Assembly: GCA_963790825.1 (NCBI GenBank)
Contig: CAWBPM010000002.1
Location: forward strand, 686,980 to 750,979
Direction: 5' to 3'
DNA length: 64,000 bases
From: Candidatus Levyibacteriota bacterium
GTDB lineage: Bacteria; Patescibacteriota; Microgenomatia; Levybacterales; UBA12049
A program made the translations under genes and the position numbers. The notes under the pieces are model-generated. The model saw only the letters and a program-made list of their open reading frames with translations, had not been told where the DNA came from and searched no databases. Of this stretch, positions 9,202 through 18,803 are shown in pieces (position 1 is the first letter of the stretch; every line of letters begins with the position of its first letter).

Positions 9202-11481
9202 TTATGATTGTTTCGCAGATATAGTTTTTTTTCTTCTAATAACGCGTTTAACCATATTGCGCTTCGTTGCTACTTTAGTATTATTTGCCGGACGTGCTGT
9301 TTTCTTAGCAAAACTTGCCATATCTCCTTCTTTCCAATTTTTTATATCTTGCAGTTTCCAAGCTGCGAAGTCGCAACTGGGATAATTCGCACAGCCGTAA
9401 AATGTTCTGCCTTTTCGGGTTTTCCTTTCAACGATTTTACCATTGTCTTTCGGACAAATTAAATTTGTGTCTTTTGTGAGCGCTTTTGTAAATTTACATT
9501 CAGGAAATTTGCTGCATGAGAGAAATTTACCAAATCGTCCATGTCGGATAACCAGATTTGCGTTGCAAACTGGACATTTTTCGTCAACTTCTTCAACCGC
9601 AATTTTTACTCTCTCTGCTCCCTCAACTGCTTTTAGTTTTTCTTCAAATGGAGTATAAAATTCCCGCATCATTACTTTCCATTCTTTTTGCCCATTTGCA
9701 ATTTGATCGAGTTCATCTTCCATCAATGCGGTAAAGGGAATATCGTCGATGTTAGAAAAATTCGTTACCAGAAAGTCGTTAACCGCAGTGCCAATTGCCG
9801 TCGCTTGATATCTTTTGTTAACTCGTTCGACATAACCGCGGTCGGAAATAGTTGAAATAATAGATGCATAGGTTGATGGTCGGCCAATGCCTTTTTCCTC
9901 AAGGGTTTGGATAATCGATGCGTCATTATACCTCGGCGGTGGTAGTGTTTCATGCTCAGTTGGTAGTACTGAATCCGTAATGAGAACTTCTTCTGCGGTA
10001 AATTGCGGCAAGCGAGTATCTTGCAATGCCTGGGGTGTCAGCTTAAGAAATCCTTCGAAAAGCAAAACAGAGCCATTCGCCTTTAATCGATAAGGATTAT
10101 CCTTCTTGTCATTCTGGAACGAAGCCAAGTACCGTCCGGTACCTGGCGAAGCTATAGAATCTTTTTCATGAGATCCTATCGTCCCGCTAAGCGGGACTCC
10201 GGGATTACTGGTGCTCGTATCCGCGTATACAGTCGTTGACTCAATAATCGCATCTGCCATTTGCGAGGCAACTGTCCGCTTCCAAATTAAATCATATAGT
10301 CTGCCGTGATCGCGTCCCAAATTCTGCTCAATCATCATGCCGCTAGTCGTAAATTTTGTCGGTCGTATTCCCTCATGTGCTTCCTGAGCCGATTTTTGCT
10401 TGGTCATATACATTCGAGGTTTTACCGGTAAGAATTTATTTCCGAATTCGTGCTGAATATAATTTCTGATCTGCGTTATAGCAGTCGTAGCCAAGGTAAC
10501 AGAATCGGTACGGTGATAGGTAATATGGCCTTCTTCATAGAGTTTTTGCGCCAAGTTCATTGTTCGTTTTGCCGCAAACCCGAATCTCCGAGCGCTGTCT
10601 TGCTGTAAAGTCGACGTCGTAAACGGAGCATATGGACTCCTTCGCATTTCCCGCTCGACTACATCCGAGACGATAAGCTGTTTCTGTTTCAAATCTTCGC
10701 TAATTTGGTCTGCTTTAGTTTTCGAGTCAATCTGTGTTTTGGACAATTTATATTCTCCATCGTAGAGATCAAACTTCTGCTGCAGCTCAATTTTCTCACC
10801 ATTAATTTCGATAAGCGTAAATTCTACTATTTCGTTTTTTGTTTTAAGTTTTAAATCTTGAGTTGCTTTACAAAGCATTGCATGTATTGTCCAATATTTT
10901 TCCTTGACGAACTTTTCAATCTCCCGCTCTCTTTCTACAATAAGCCGGAGTGCGACACTTTGCACCCGTCCGGCCGAAAGTCCGCGTCTGACTTTTTTCC
11001 AAAGTACTGGAGAAAGTTGATAGCCAACCAGTCTGTCTAAAATTCGTCTGGCAGTTTGCGCATCGACGAGATTCGTATCGATATCCCGGGGATTGGCGAC
11101 AGCTTCTTTAATCGCTCCTTCGGTAATCTCATGAAATACAACACGGACAAACTTGTCTGCCGATATACCCTTTCCTTTCCCGCCGTCTATTAGTAGTTTT
11201 TTAATGTCTGCAGAAATTGCCTCCCCTTCACGGTCAGGGTCAGTTGCCAGCATCACCTTACCTGCCGACTTCGCTGCAGACCGAAGCTCTGCGATCATGG
11301 ATTTTTTGTCTTCAACAATCTCATATTGGGTTGCAAAATCATTCTGAACGTCCACGCCTAATTTACTCTTAGGTAAATCCATGACGTGCCCCATTGAAAA
11401 TTTTATGTCATAATCTGACCCTAAAAATTTACTGATGGTTCGCGCCTTAGTTGGGGACTCAACTATAACTAGGTTTCTCAT
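9202..11481 (-). CDS. topA: DNA topoisomerase I
   Basis: 759 aa; Toprim N-terminus MRNLVIVESPTKARTISKFLG, active-site region, and C-terminal C4 zinc ribbons (CPVCNANLV...CSKFPEC; CPKDNGKIV...CANYPSC). Confidence 0.9.
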   Translation of the reverse strand: MRNLVIVESPTKARTISKFLGSDYDIKFSMGHVMDLPKSKLGVDVQNDFATQYEIVEDKKSMIAELRSAAKSAGKVMLATDPDREGEAISADIKKLLIDGGKGKGISADKFVRVVFHEITEGAIKEAVANPRDIDTNLVDAQTARRILDRLVGYQLSPVLWKKVRRGLSAGRVQSVALRLIVEREREIEKFVKEKYWTIHAMLCKATQDLKLKTKNEIVEFTLIEINGEKIELQQKFDLYDGEYKLSKTQIDSKTKADQISEDLKQKQLIVSDVVEREMRRSPYAPFTTSTLQQDSARRFGFAAKRTMNLAQKLYEEGHITYHRTDSVTLATTAITQIRNYIQHEFGNKFLPVKPRMYMTKQKSAQEAHEGIRPTKFTTSGMMIEQNLGRDHGRLYDLIWKRTVASQMADAIIESTTVYADTSTSNPGVPLSGTIGSHEKDSIASPGTGRYLASFQNDKKDNPYRLKANGSVLLFEGFLKLTPQALQDTRLPQFTAEEVLITDSVLPTEHETLPPPRYNDASIIQTLEEKGIGRPSTYASIISTISDRGYVERVNKRYQATAIGTAVNDFLVTNFSNIDDIPFTALMEDELDQIANGQKEWKVMMREFYTPFEEKLKAVEGAERVKIAVEEVDEKCPVCNANLVIRHGRFGKFLSCSKFPECKFTKALTKDTNLICPKDNGKIVERKTRKGRTFYGCANYPSCDFAAWKLQDIKNWKEGDMASFAKKTARPANNTKVATKRNMVKRVIRRKKTISAKQS

Positions 11482-11572
11482 AAACAGAAAAAAGCAACAG
11501 GGATGGTACGTTTTTTACTTATTGCGTTACAATATTGTAGTCTACATTGTACACAACGTGTCAAGAGGAAAC

Positions 11573-12667
11573 TTATTTACATGTATAAGTAGAACCATTA
11601 TTCGTAATTAACCCCTTCATCTCCATGACCGTTAACAAGGTCCCAAGTGCTGACGACTGAAGACCTGTCTTACGCGAAATGATATCAAAATGTAATGATT
11701 CATTTTGTAAAAGATCAAGAATTCTTTGCTCTTCCTTCGTCTCTCCTTTAATATTATTTCTTTTCCCTTTTTTAATTTTTAACTCTGAATTTTGAATTTT
11801 GAAATCTTTTAAGATATCTTTGGCGCTGGTTACCATTTTCGCACCACTTTCGATAAGTGATAATGGCCCCTTCGAAAGACTAGAAGTAATCGGTCCGGGG
11901 ACTGCGAAAACTTTTCGTCCGTCTTTTAAAGCATCTTTGGCAGTAATGAGTGCCCCGCTATCCGCTGCTCCTTCTGTCACCAGAACAGCTTGCGACAATC
12001 CGGCGATAATACGGTTTCTCGAAGGAAAAGATCCGACAAGTGGTGACTGCGAAAGAGGAAATTCGGAAACGACTACCCCACCACTGGAAATAATTTTATC
12101 GTACAAACGTTGATTGCTCGTCGGATAACAGCAGTCCACACCGCAACCCAAAACTGCAATTGTTATCCCCTGATTTTCAATTGCTGCTACATGAGCTACC
12201 GCATCAACGCCCATTGCTAAACCGGAAACAATAACATATTCTGCAGCTACCAATTCCCTAGTTAAGGAAGCGGTTACTTCCCGTCCATATGAGGTAATTT
12301 TTCTTGTCCCAACAACGGCAATTGTTCTCTCATTTTCCACTGTGTTAAACGCAAACGTTCCCCAAACATACAGAACAAAAGGCGGACGGAAACTTTCTTT
12401 TAGAAGTTTCGGATATGCTGAGTCATTTAGTGTTAAAAACCAAACATTTGCCAAACGTAATTTTTCTTCATATGCTTCAATTGAAAAATATTTACGAAAG
12501 GTAAGGAATTTTGCTGACAATTTCTTACCCAAACAAGTAGTAAGGTCTCTATCCGTTGCTTTCCATGCATTTTCAGCGCTGTTAAATGTTTTAAGAAGCA
12601 GTTGAAACTTTACCGGCCCGATTCCCATTGCATTCGAAAATCCCAACCAATATCCTTCCTCATCCAT
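11573..12667 (-). CDS. dprA: DNA processing protein DprA (Smf)
   Basis: 364 aa; Rossmann-like core IAVVGTRKITSYGREV...VSGLAMGVDAVAH...PSRNRIIAGLS...VTEGAADSGALITA plus a C-terminal winged helix; the C-terminal region carries the FKIQNSELKIK insert. Confidence 0.85.
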   Translation of the reverse strand: MDEEGYWLGFSNAMGIGPVKFQLLLKTFNSAENAWKATDRDLTTCLGKKLSAKFLTFRKYFSIEAYEEKLRLANVWFLTLNDSAYPKLLKESFRPPFVLYVWGTFAFNTVENERTIAVVGTRKITSYGREVTASLTRELVAAEYVIVSGLAMGVDAVAHVAAIENQGITIAVLGCGVDCCYPTSNQRLYDKIISSGGVVVSEFPLSQSPLVGSFPSRNRIIAGLSQAVLVTEGAADSGALITAKDALKDGRKVFAVPGPITSSLSKGPLSLIESGAKMVTSAKDILKDFKIQNSELKIKKGKRNNIKGETKEEQRILDLLQNESLHFDIISRKTGLQSSALGTLLTVMEMKGLITNNGSTYTCK

Positions 12668-13126
12668 ATCATAATAGTAAGAACGTATGGGAAAATAGTA
12701 AAGAGGCTAATTTCTTGACAACTAGGCTAACTCATGGAATACTTGCATCATGCCAAACACAATTTCTAAAACAACCGATCCGAATAAAATTATTCCATCT
12801 TTTTTAAAAAACTTTTTATTCTGGTTTTTGCTTTATATAGTTCTAACTGCTGTTATTTACGGAATAATCTACGTCCTATTTCTACGCAAATAAGTTATTC
12901 ATGAAAATACTCATTATGAATATACTTACACTTCTGACACAAACAGTCATGCTGGAGTCCTGCTCTGCTGGATGATAGCATCTCATACATAAGATTATAT
13001 CAAGGCTTTCAGCCTCTCCAGAATGACAAAATTATGTTAGGACTGTGAATAGTTACTTACTATTTAATTTCTTCCTCTTTTATAAAATCTCTGCTATAAT
13101 AAATTGTAAGGCACGTTGCCTTATAT

Positions 13127-13402
13127 ATGCCTGAATTGGTTCGACCGCAACTTCCACCGCCAGATAATAACGAACTGCCAAAACTGCTTTCTGCTCCGAT
13201 GCCACTTGAACAGATTGCAGAAAGATCTCTTTCTATGTCTAGAATAGTTTTTAATCCAAAAGAATTCACTGTTAATCAACTAAATACTTTTAGCAAACTA
13301 CAAGTAAGATACAAAAAAAATCATGGTATATTCACCGAGGATGAACGTAATCGATTACGCTTTATCCGTTGGATACTTCGAACCGGTAGAATTACTCCTT
13401 AA
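13127..13402 (+). CDS. hypothetical small protein (uncertain)
   Basis: 91-aa ORF on the plus strand in the 766-bp spacer between the minus-strand dprA and mrdA; no recognisable motif. Confidence 0.25.
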   Translation: MPELVRPQLPPPDNNELPKLLSAPMPLEQIAERSLSMSRIVFNPKEFTVNQLNTFSKLQVRYKKNHGIFTEDERNRLRFIRWILRTGRITP

Positions 13403-13433
13403 GCGAGATCTCCGAATTTGAACAGTGGTAGAA

Positions 13434-15200
13434 TTATTTCTCCTCAAAATACGCTTCCAGAATTTGCTTGGCAATCGGTCCGGCTATTGTTGATCCTTCA
13501 CCGCTTGACTCGGATAACACGGTAACTACAATTTCCGGCTTATCGGCAGGCGCAAAAGCGGTAATCCAAGCATGAGCCAATGTATTCTCATCACCGTGTT
13601 GTGCTGTTCCAGTTTTACACGCAATTTGGATCTTCCTCATATCCGCAGACGTGGATGCTACAGGCAAGATATCTAAACCATTAATTTTTAACTTTGCATT
13701 TTTAACTGTAAACTGAAACAGCGGATACGCTACTCCTCCGGTGCTGCAACTGCCTATCATCCCCTGTTTAATTGCTAAGACCGTGCCGGAACTTAATACA
13801 TTTGCGGTTTTTTTCTCAGGTTTGTTTTTCAGTAAATGCGGAATATATAAAGAACCATCATTGGCAATAACCTCCGTCCATGCATTAACCTGAAGCGGCG
13901 TAGTGAGCAGATATCCTTGTCCGATGCCGTAATGATAGGTGTCTCCCAGGTACCAATTCTCCCCAATCGTTTTCTTCTTCCATTCTAGCGTCGGGACGAG
14001 ACCTTTTGCCTCTCCACTCAGATCAATTCCCAAAGTGTTTCCGAGTCCAAGTTTCCGCGCCATTTCCGATAACCGATCAACCGTTACCATCTCTGCTAGT
14101 TTATAGAAAAAAATATCATTACTGCGGACAAGCGCCCGAACGACGTTCAGAGGTCCTTGTTCTGTTCTTCCATAATCCGTGTAATACCAATTCGCGAAAG
14201 AAAATGATCCGATCTTAAGTATTCCCGGATCGGTAATTGTAAAATGAGTATCTATGACATGATCTTCAAGTCCTGCCGCAGCTGCAACAATTTTAAACGT
14301 CGAGCCGGGCGGATAGGTCCCGGCAATCGCCCGGTTTAATAATGGATGATTCTCTGCGTCTAATAAAACATCTGAGAGTTTTGGGTAAGCACTATTCGAA
14401 GCAGGTTTATAATTTACCCCTTGAGTAAATAAATTCGGGTCGAATGACGGCTTAGAAACCATTGCCAGTACTTCGCCTGTCGGAGTTGAGACAATGGCTG
14501 ATCCATGCGAAACAGAACTCATCGCCCGGTACACTGCTTGCTGAAGCTTTATGTCTATTGTTAAGGTAATGTTTTGCCCGGGAATCGGATCGGTTTGTCC
14601 AAGTGTTCTAACCGTTCTTCCCATAGCATCCACTTCGACAAGTTGTTTTCCGTCCACTCCACGAAGCAGATGTTCATATTGCTGTTCTATTCCCGCTTGT
14701 CCCAGTAAATCATCCAGTTGATAACCTGCAAATTCCGGCTGTTTTAATTGTTCTTTAGAAATCTGTCCGATATAGCCGATAACATGAGCTAAAACGTCTT
14801 TATACGGATACTGTCTGAAGGAATCAATCTCCAAATTTTTATCTCCTTTTGCCATAAGAGAAAGCGCAATGTCCCAGGATATGATCGTTGTTTTTCCTTT
14901 TATTACTTGTCGAAACCCAGGACTGTTGAAAACCAAAGGCACGCCGTTTCGGTCGAAAATAATTCCCCGCGGTGCATGGAGAATCTGGGTTCTGATCCGG
15001 TTGGAATCGGAAAGTGTTCTATAGAATTTTCCCTGCAGCAGTTGAAGAGAAACAAGTTTAACAAAAAGTATACTGCAGGTGAACAGTAAAAGGATGGTCA
15101 GCGGAAAAAGGCGCATTTTCCGTGATTTATTCTTCCCGTAATTTCTCTGGGGAATTTTTTCTGTTCTTATAGAGTCGCCAAATGCGATACCGGTATTCAT
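13434..15200 (-). CDS. mrdA: penicillin-binding protein 2 (peptidoglycan D,D-transpeptidase)
   Basis: 588 aa; N-terminal TM anchor, transpeptidase motifs STFK (SxxK), SxN region and KTGTA (KTG); lies downstream of mreBCD. Confidence 0.85.
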   Translation of the reverse strand: MNTGIAFGDSIRTEKIPQRNYGKNKSRKMRLFPLTILLLFTCSILFVKLVSLQLLQGKFYRTLSDSNRIRTQILHAPRGIIFDRNGVPLVFNSPGFRQVIKGKTTIISWDIALSLMAKGDKNLEIDSFRQYPYKDVLAHVIGYIGQISKEQLKQPEFAGYQLDDLLGQAGIEQQYEHLLRGVDGKQLVEVDAMGRTVRTLGQTDPIPGQNITLTIDIKLQQAVYRAMSSVSHGSAIVSTPTGEVLAMVSKPSFDPNLFTQGVNYKPASNSAYPKLSDVLLDAENHPLLNRAIAGTYPPGSTFKIVAAAAGLEDHVIDTHFTITDPGILKIGSFSFANWYYTDYGRTEQGPLNVVRALVRSNDIFFYKLAEMVTVDRLSEMARKLGLGNTLGIDLSGEAKGLVPTLEWKKKTIGENWYLGDTYHYGIGQGYLLTTPLQVNAWTEVIANDGSLYIPHLLKNKPEKKTANVLSSGTVLAIKQGMIGSCSTGGVAYPLFQFTVKNAKLKINGLDILPVASTSADMRKIQIACKTGTAQHGDENTLAHAWITAFAPADKPEIVVTVLSESSGEGSTIAGPIAKQILEAYFEEK

Positions 15201-15637
15201 ATACTCGCTACTTGCTTATTGTCGGGTTCTTTTTTTCTCAAAAAACTACCTGTTAAAAATATAAGAATTGCCAAAACGATACTAAGAAAAAGCTGGATAA
15301 ATAAATTGCTAAAACCAAAAATGAGAAAAAATAAAAGACAGCCAAAAAAAGACGTAAAAAAAACAAAGGGCACTGTCGTTATCTCATATTTTCTCTGGTA
15401 TAAAAGAATAAAAAATAAAAAAAGAATATAGAATAAACCGGTTTCTCCAAGCGGACGAACAGAGAGTATGTCTAAAAGAATTCCTGCAATAAACGCGACA
15501 GGAAAAATAAGAGCACTCTGTTGAGCAAGAGTAAAACAGAGCAAAAAAAGGAGTGTTAACGGTACGACATTTAGCGACGACTCGAGAAGTGTAATAAAAA
15601 ATAAAAAAATAAAAAATAAATATTGCATAGGATACAT
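15197..15637 (-). CDS. mreD: rod shape-determining protein MreD
   Basis: 146-aa polytopic membrane protein between mreC and mrdA; 4-bp overlap with the mrdA start. Confidence 0.6.
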   Translation of the reverse strand: MYPMQYLFFIFLFFITLLESSLNVVPLTLLFLLCFTLAQQSALIFPVAFIAGILLDILSVRPLGETGLFYILFLFFILLYQRKYEITTVPFVFFTSFFGCLLFFLIFGFSNLFIQLFLSIVLAILIFLTGSFLRKKEPDNKQVASI

Positions 15638-15646
15638 GTGTAACAG

Positions 15647-16447
15647 TTATCTCGTAATCATCATCACAAATATCGTTGTAAGTTCAGGTATATTAATGAG
15701 GCTTTTTACCTCTGCTGTTTGGAAAAGATTGCTTGGTTTTTTATTTATAGAAACTATTGTTCCGATTACGATATCCGGCGGATAAGATAGACTGTTATCA
15801 TCCGAGCTGCCTTTTGTTACAACGATATCTTTTTCCGTTAATTTATCAGACAAGACGACGTTTTCCAGAATCATTACACTATTTCCCTGTCCCTTAAGGA
15901 TACCGAGCGCATTCGTCTGTGAATCGCGTGCGGTTATCGACATATCCTGGCTCCCGATCGGCATAACAATTGCTTCATGGAGAGATACACGACTAATACT
16001 CCCAACTAAATTGTCTTTATAAATTGTAATCATACCCACTTTTAGCCCATCACTACTTCCTTTATCTATCGTAAGCGTGGTCGGCATAGCAATACCGGGA
16101 ATAAAGCTGGAAAGTCCGATTATATTTGCGGGCATTAGCTGTGTCGGAGTAAATTTTGTGTTTACAAATTGGTCGTGAAGGGCTGTATTTTCCCGTTCAA
16201 TCGCTTTCAGTTTTGCCAGTTGTCCTGCAATGTCCGCATTTTTCATACGCAGTTCTTTTATTTCTGAAGAGTCTGAGGTTGTGAAAGTAAAAGCTGATGA
16301 GTATGTTGCGCGTTGCAGCGGAAGTAGAATTTTTTCCGCAGAACCTCGTAGGGAGATTAACAATGGATTCTTTTCAAGAAGCAAAAGAATAAAAGAAAAA
16401 AGTAAAAAAAGGATAAATAAATGAAAAAATCCTGCTCGTTTTACCAT
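15647..16447 (-). CDS. mreC: rod shape-determining protein MreC
   Basis: N-terminal TM helix, coiled coil (ELRMKNADIAGQLAKLKAIERENTALHDQ), then beta-rich domains. The ORF track begins at a TTG at 16477; the ATG at 16447 is more likely. Confidence 0.75.
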   Translation of the reverse strand: MVKRAGFFHLFILFLLFSFILLLLEKNPLLISLRGSAEKILLPLQRATYSSAFTFTTSDSSEIKELRMKNADIAGQLAKLKAIERENTALHDQFVNTKFTPTQLMPANIIGLSSFIPGIAMPTTLTIDKGSSDGLKVGMITIYKDNLVGSISRVSLHEAIVMPIGSQDMSITARDSQTNALGILKGQGNSVMILENVVLSDKLTEKDIVVTKGSSDDNSLSYPPDIVIGTIVSINKKPSNLFQTAEVKSLINIPELTTIFVMMITR

Positions 16448-16534
16448 AGAGGTATTGTAACACTTTCCAAACCCCAAGCAAGTCAGAAATTACCTAAAAG
16501 AGGAAATAAAATTATAAGTATAGACCGCTGCGTT

Positions 16535-17245
16535 TTAAAGAGGATTGTTTACAAATCTTTTGTTATGTTCTTCTTTCCATTCATAGACCAACATTGCGCG
16601 ACTCTTTAATTTTTCTCTTCGCAAACGAGACTCTGCAGGAGATTCTCCTAAATATTCTTCCAGAGCATCAATTTGCTCATCTGAAAATATTTTCCTTTCT
16701 TCTATTACCTCCCTATAACGCTTAACGTCTTGTTCAGCTCTATGATAAAGCGCAGCATCTATTTCTGGTACGGTTTGAGCAGCAAAAGCTCCACCGCTTT
16801 CAGGATTATTCCATTGAAAAAGTCTGGCATATTCTTCTAATTCAGGGGACGTTTCGTCCGGACCTTTTGAAGTAACACCATTTATTAGCATATCCTCATA
16901 GCTGTGCCTCACGTAGACTACCGCGCTTGTCGGAAGAAGAGATAGGCTTAATAAGCCGGATAATTGAGTAATCAGTATGGGTCCACTTTCAGAATTCCTT
17001 CGTCTATTTGCCTCTCTTTTTCGTGTAGCTTCATATTGACTTAATTTTATAGCATCATCTCCTCCAGTAATTAGACTAGTCATGTCTTTCGCTGTTTTAT
17101 CCAGAAATGCTATTTCTTCGGAAGAGTAGAGGCTGGGAGGCAATAAATAAAATGCCCCTTTTAATCTGCAGTTAAGTTCTTGGGGAGATGGAAATTCTGA
17201 CCGTTCAGGTCCATGTTGTTCTATCATAAATATATTTTCTAACAC
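16535..17245 (-). CDS. hypothetical protein inserted between mreB and mreC
   Basis: 236-aa acidic ORF (GTG at 17245 or ATG at 17227), same strand as the mre genes; no recognisable domain. Confidence 0.5.
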   Translation of the reverse strand: MLENIFMIEQHGPERSEFPSPQELNCRLKGAFYLLPPSLYSSEEIAFLDKTAKDMTSLITGGDDAIKLSQYEATRKREANRRRNSESGPILITQLSGLLSLSLLPTSAVVYVRHSYEDMLINGVTSKGPDETSPELEEYARLFQWNNPESGGAFAAQTVPEIDAALYHRAEQDVKRYREVIEERKIFSDEQIDALEEYLGESPAESRLRREKLKSRAMLVYEWKEEHNKRFVNNPL

Positions 17246-17305
17246 AAATTAACCTATCTTGCAGTCTTACGTTTTACTATGAAAAATGTTTCTTTATAAG
17301 AAATA

Positions 17306-18571
17306 CTATTTCAATCCCCCGATAACTTTCACTCTATTCAGAAGCTCCTGATCTTCAAGTACTTTTCCGGTTCCGCGGACTACTGAAGTTAACGGATCAT
17401 CGGAAACAACTACCGGCATGTGCGTTCGCTCGACGATCAGCTGATCAAGACCGCGAAGTAATGCTCCACCTCCGGTCAGCAGAATTCCCCGTTCTAAAAT
17501 GTCAGTCAGAAGCTCCGGCGGCGTCTCCTCAAGTACGTCAGCAATTGCCTGGATAATTTGGGTAAATACCGGAGCCAGCGCTTCACGAACTTCTACTTCA
17601 GAAACCCGTAAGCTTTTTGGTAATCCTGTTTCTATGTCTCTCCCCCTAATGATTGCCATTCTATTCCCCTGCTCTTCAATAACTTTCTCTTCTCTGTCGC
17701 TGCTGTCATTCTGGAGCGCGACAGTATGAAATACATAGTCCCCTTGTGAGGTAGCGATAGAATCTTCTGGGGATCCTATCGGTCGCTTTGCTCCTTCCAG
17801 GATGACATCATCTTGTTTTTTATTTTTCTCTTCCTGCTCTTTTAATTTCAATTTTGCATTTTGAATTTTGAATTTTGAATTTGTGTCGTATGCGCTGCCG
17901 ATTTGTATCTTTAGATCCTCTGCCGTTTTCTCTCCAAGCAAAAGTCCATGGCGAAGCCTAATATAGTGTAGAATCGCCAGGTCCATATCATCTCCTGCCA
18001 GTTTTAGAGACCTGCTCACGACAATACCACCCAGTGAAATAATTGCTATCTCAGTTGTTCCGCCACCGATATCGACCACCATTATGCCATTTGACTGAAA
18101 TACAGAAACTCCTTCACCGATTGCACTTGCCATCGGCTCTTCAATCAGATATGCCTCTCCTGCTCCAGCCGACAGTGCTGCTTCCCAGACTGCACGTCTT
18201 TCAACCTCGGTAACTGATGAGGGAATTCCGATCACCACCCTAGGTCGAGCCAGGGTTTGAGTAAAAAGATTTCCCATTTCATGCACCTTTTTAATGTAAA
18301 AGCTTATCATTGCTTCTGTTGCATCAAAATCAGAAATTACACCTCCCCGAAGCGGTTTGACTGTCACGATAGAAGCAGGCGTTTTTCCCAGCATTTTTTT
18401 GGCTTCAGTTCCTATGGCAATTACTTGTTTACTTTTTTTATGCATTGCAACTACCGACGGCTCACGAATAACGATCCCCTTGTTCTTGACAAAAACCAAT
18501 GTATTCGCAGTACCCAAGTCTATGCCTATATCATGGCTAAATAAACTGTAAAATTTATGTGCTAGATTCAT
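17306..18571 (-). CDS. mreB: rod shape-determining protein MreB with an internal insertion of about 90 aa
   Basis: 421 aa; actin-fold motifs IGIDLGTANT, VVDIGGGTTEIAI, GILLTGGGALLRGL. An extra K/E-rich segment (…NSKFKIQNAKLKLKEQEEKNKKQDD…) is partly encoded by the (TTTTGAAT)x4 repeat at 17847-17882. Confidence 0.85.
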   Translation of the reverse strand: MNLAHKFYSLFSHDIGIDLGTANTLVFVKNKGIVIREPSVVAMHKKSKQVIAIGTEAKKMLGKTPASIVTVKPLRGGVISDFDATEAMISFYIKKVHEMGNLFTQTLARPRVVIGIPSSVTEVERRAVWEAALSAGAGEAYLIEEPMASAIGEGVSVFQSNGIMVVDIGGGTTEIAIISLGGIVVSRSLKLAGDDMDLAILHYIRLRHGLLLGEKTAEDLKIQIGSAYDTNSKFKIQNAKLKLKEQEEKNKKQDDVILEGAKRPIGSPEDSIATSQGDYVFHTVALQNDSSDREEKVIEEQGNRMAIIRGRDIETGLPKSLRVSEVEVREALAPVFTQIIQAIADVLEETPPELLTDILERGILLTGGGALLRGLDQLIVERTHMPVVVSDDPLTSVVRGTGKVLEDQELLNRVKVIGGLK

Positions 18572-18640
18572 AGTTGAATAACAGCTCGCCCCGTCAAAGC
18601 CGCAGCATGAGGCGTGAACGAATACATGCGGCTCCTCACT

Positions 18641-18676
18641 CAGAATTTTGAATTATAAATTTTGAATTCTGAATTC
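18641..18676. repeat. GAATTTTGAATT-ATAA-ATTTTGAATTC element (8-bp-periodic TTTTGAAT family) in the mreB / O-antigen-ligase divergent promoter region
   Basis: Shares an identical 22-mer TGAATTATAAATTTTGAATTCT with the rplK leader copy at 42606-42636. Confidence 0.5.
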
Positions 18677-18803
18677 TTTATTATAGCCACATTCTAACAG
18701 CTTGCCGGTTCTTTCTCAACCGGAATCCCCAGTTCTTATAAATATTTATTGGTTTTTTCTCTTGTTCCTTTTAAATTTAATATGCTAGAATAGATGAATA
18801 ATT

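Noticed and set aside
11783-17882. Considered that the K/L-rich peptide inserts in mreB, dprA and SpoU are just generic AT-rich low complexity
   Set aside because: Not fully rejected. Similar KLK-rich patches also exist elsewhere (for example topA about 10830). But the three listed inserts share the specific TTCAAAATTCAAAAT/TTGAAAATTGAAAAT DNA word also found in the intergenic repeat family, so they are reported as a finding with this caveat.
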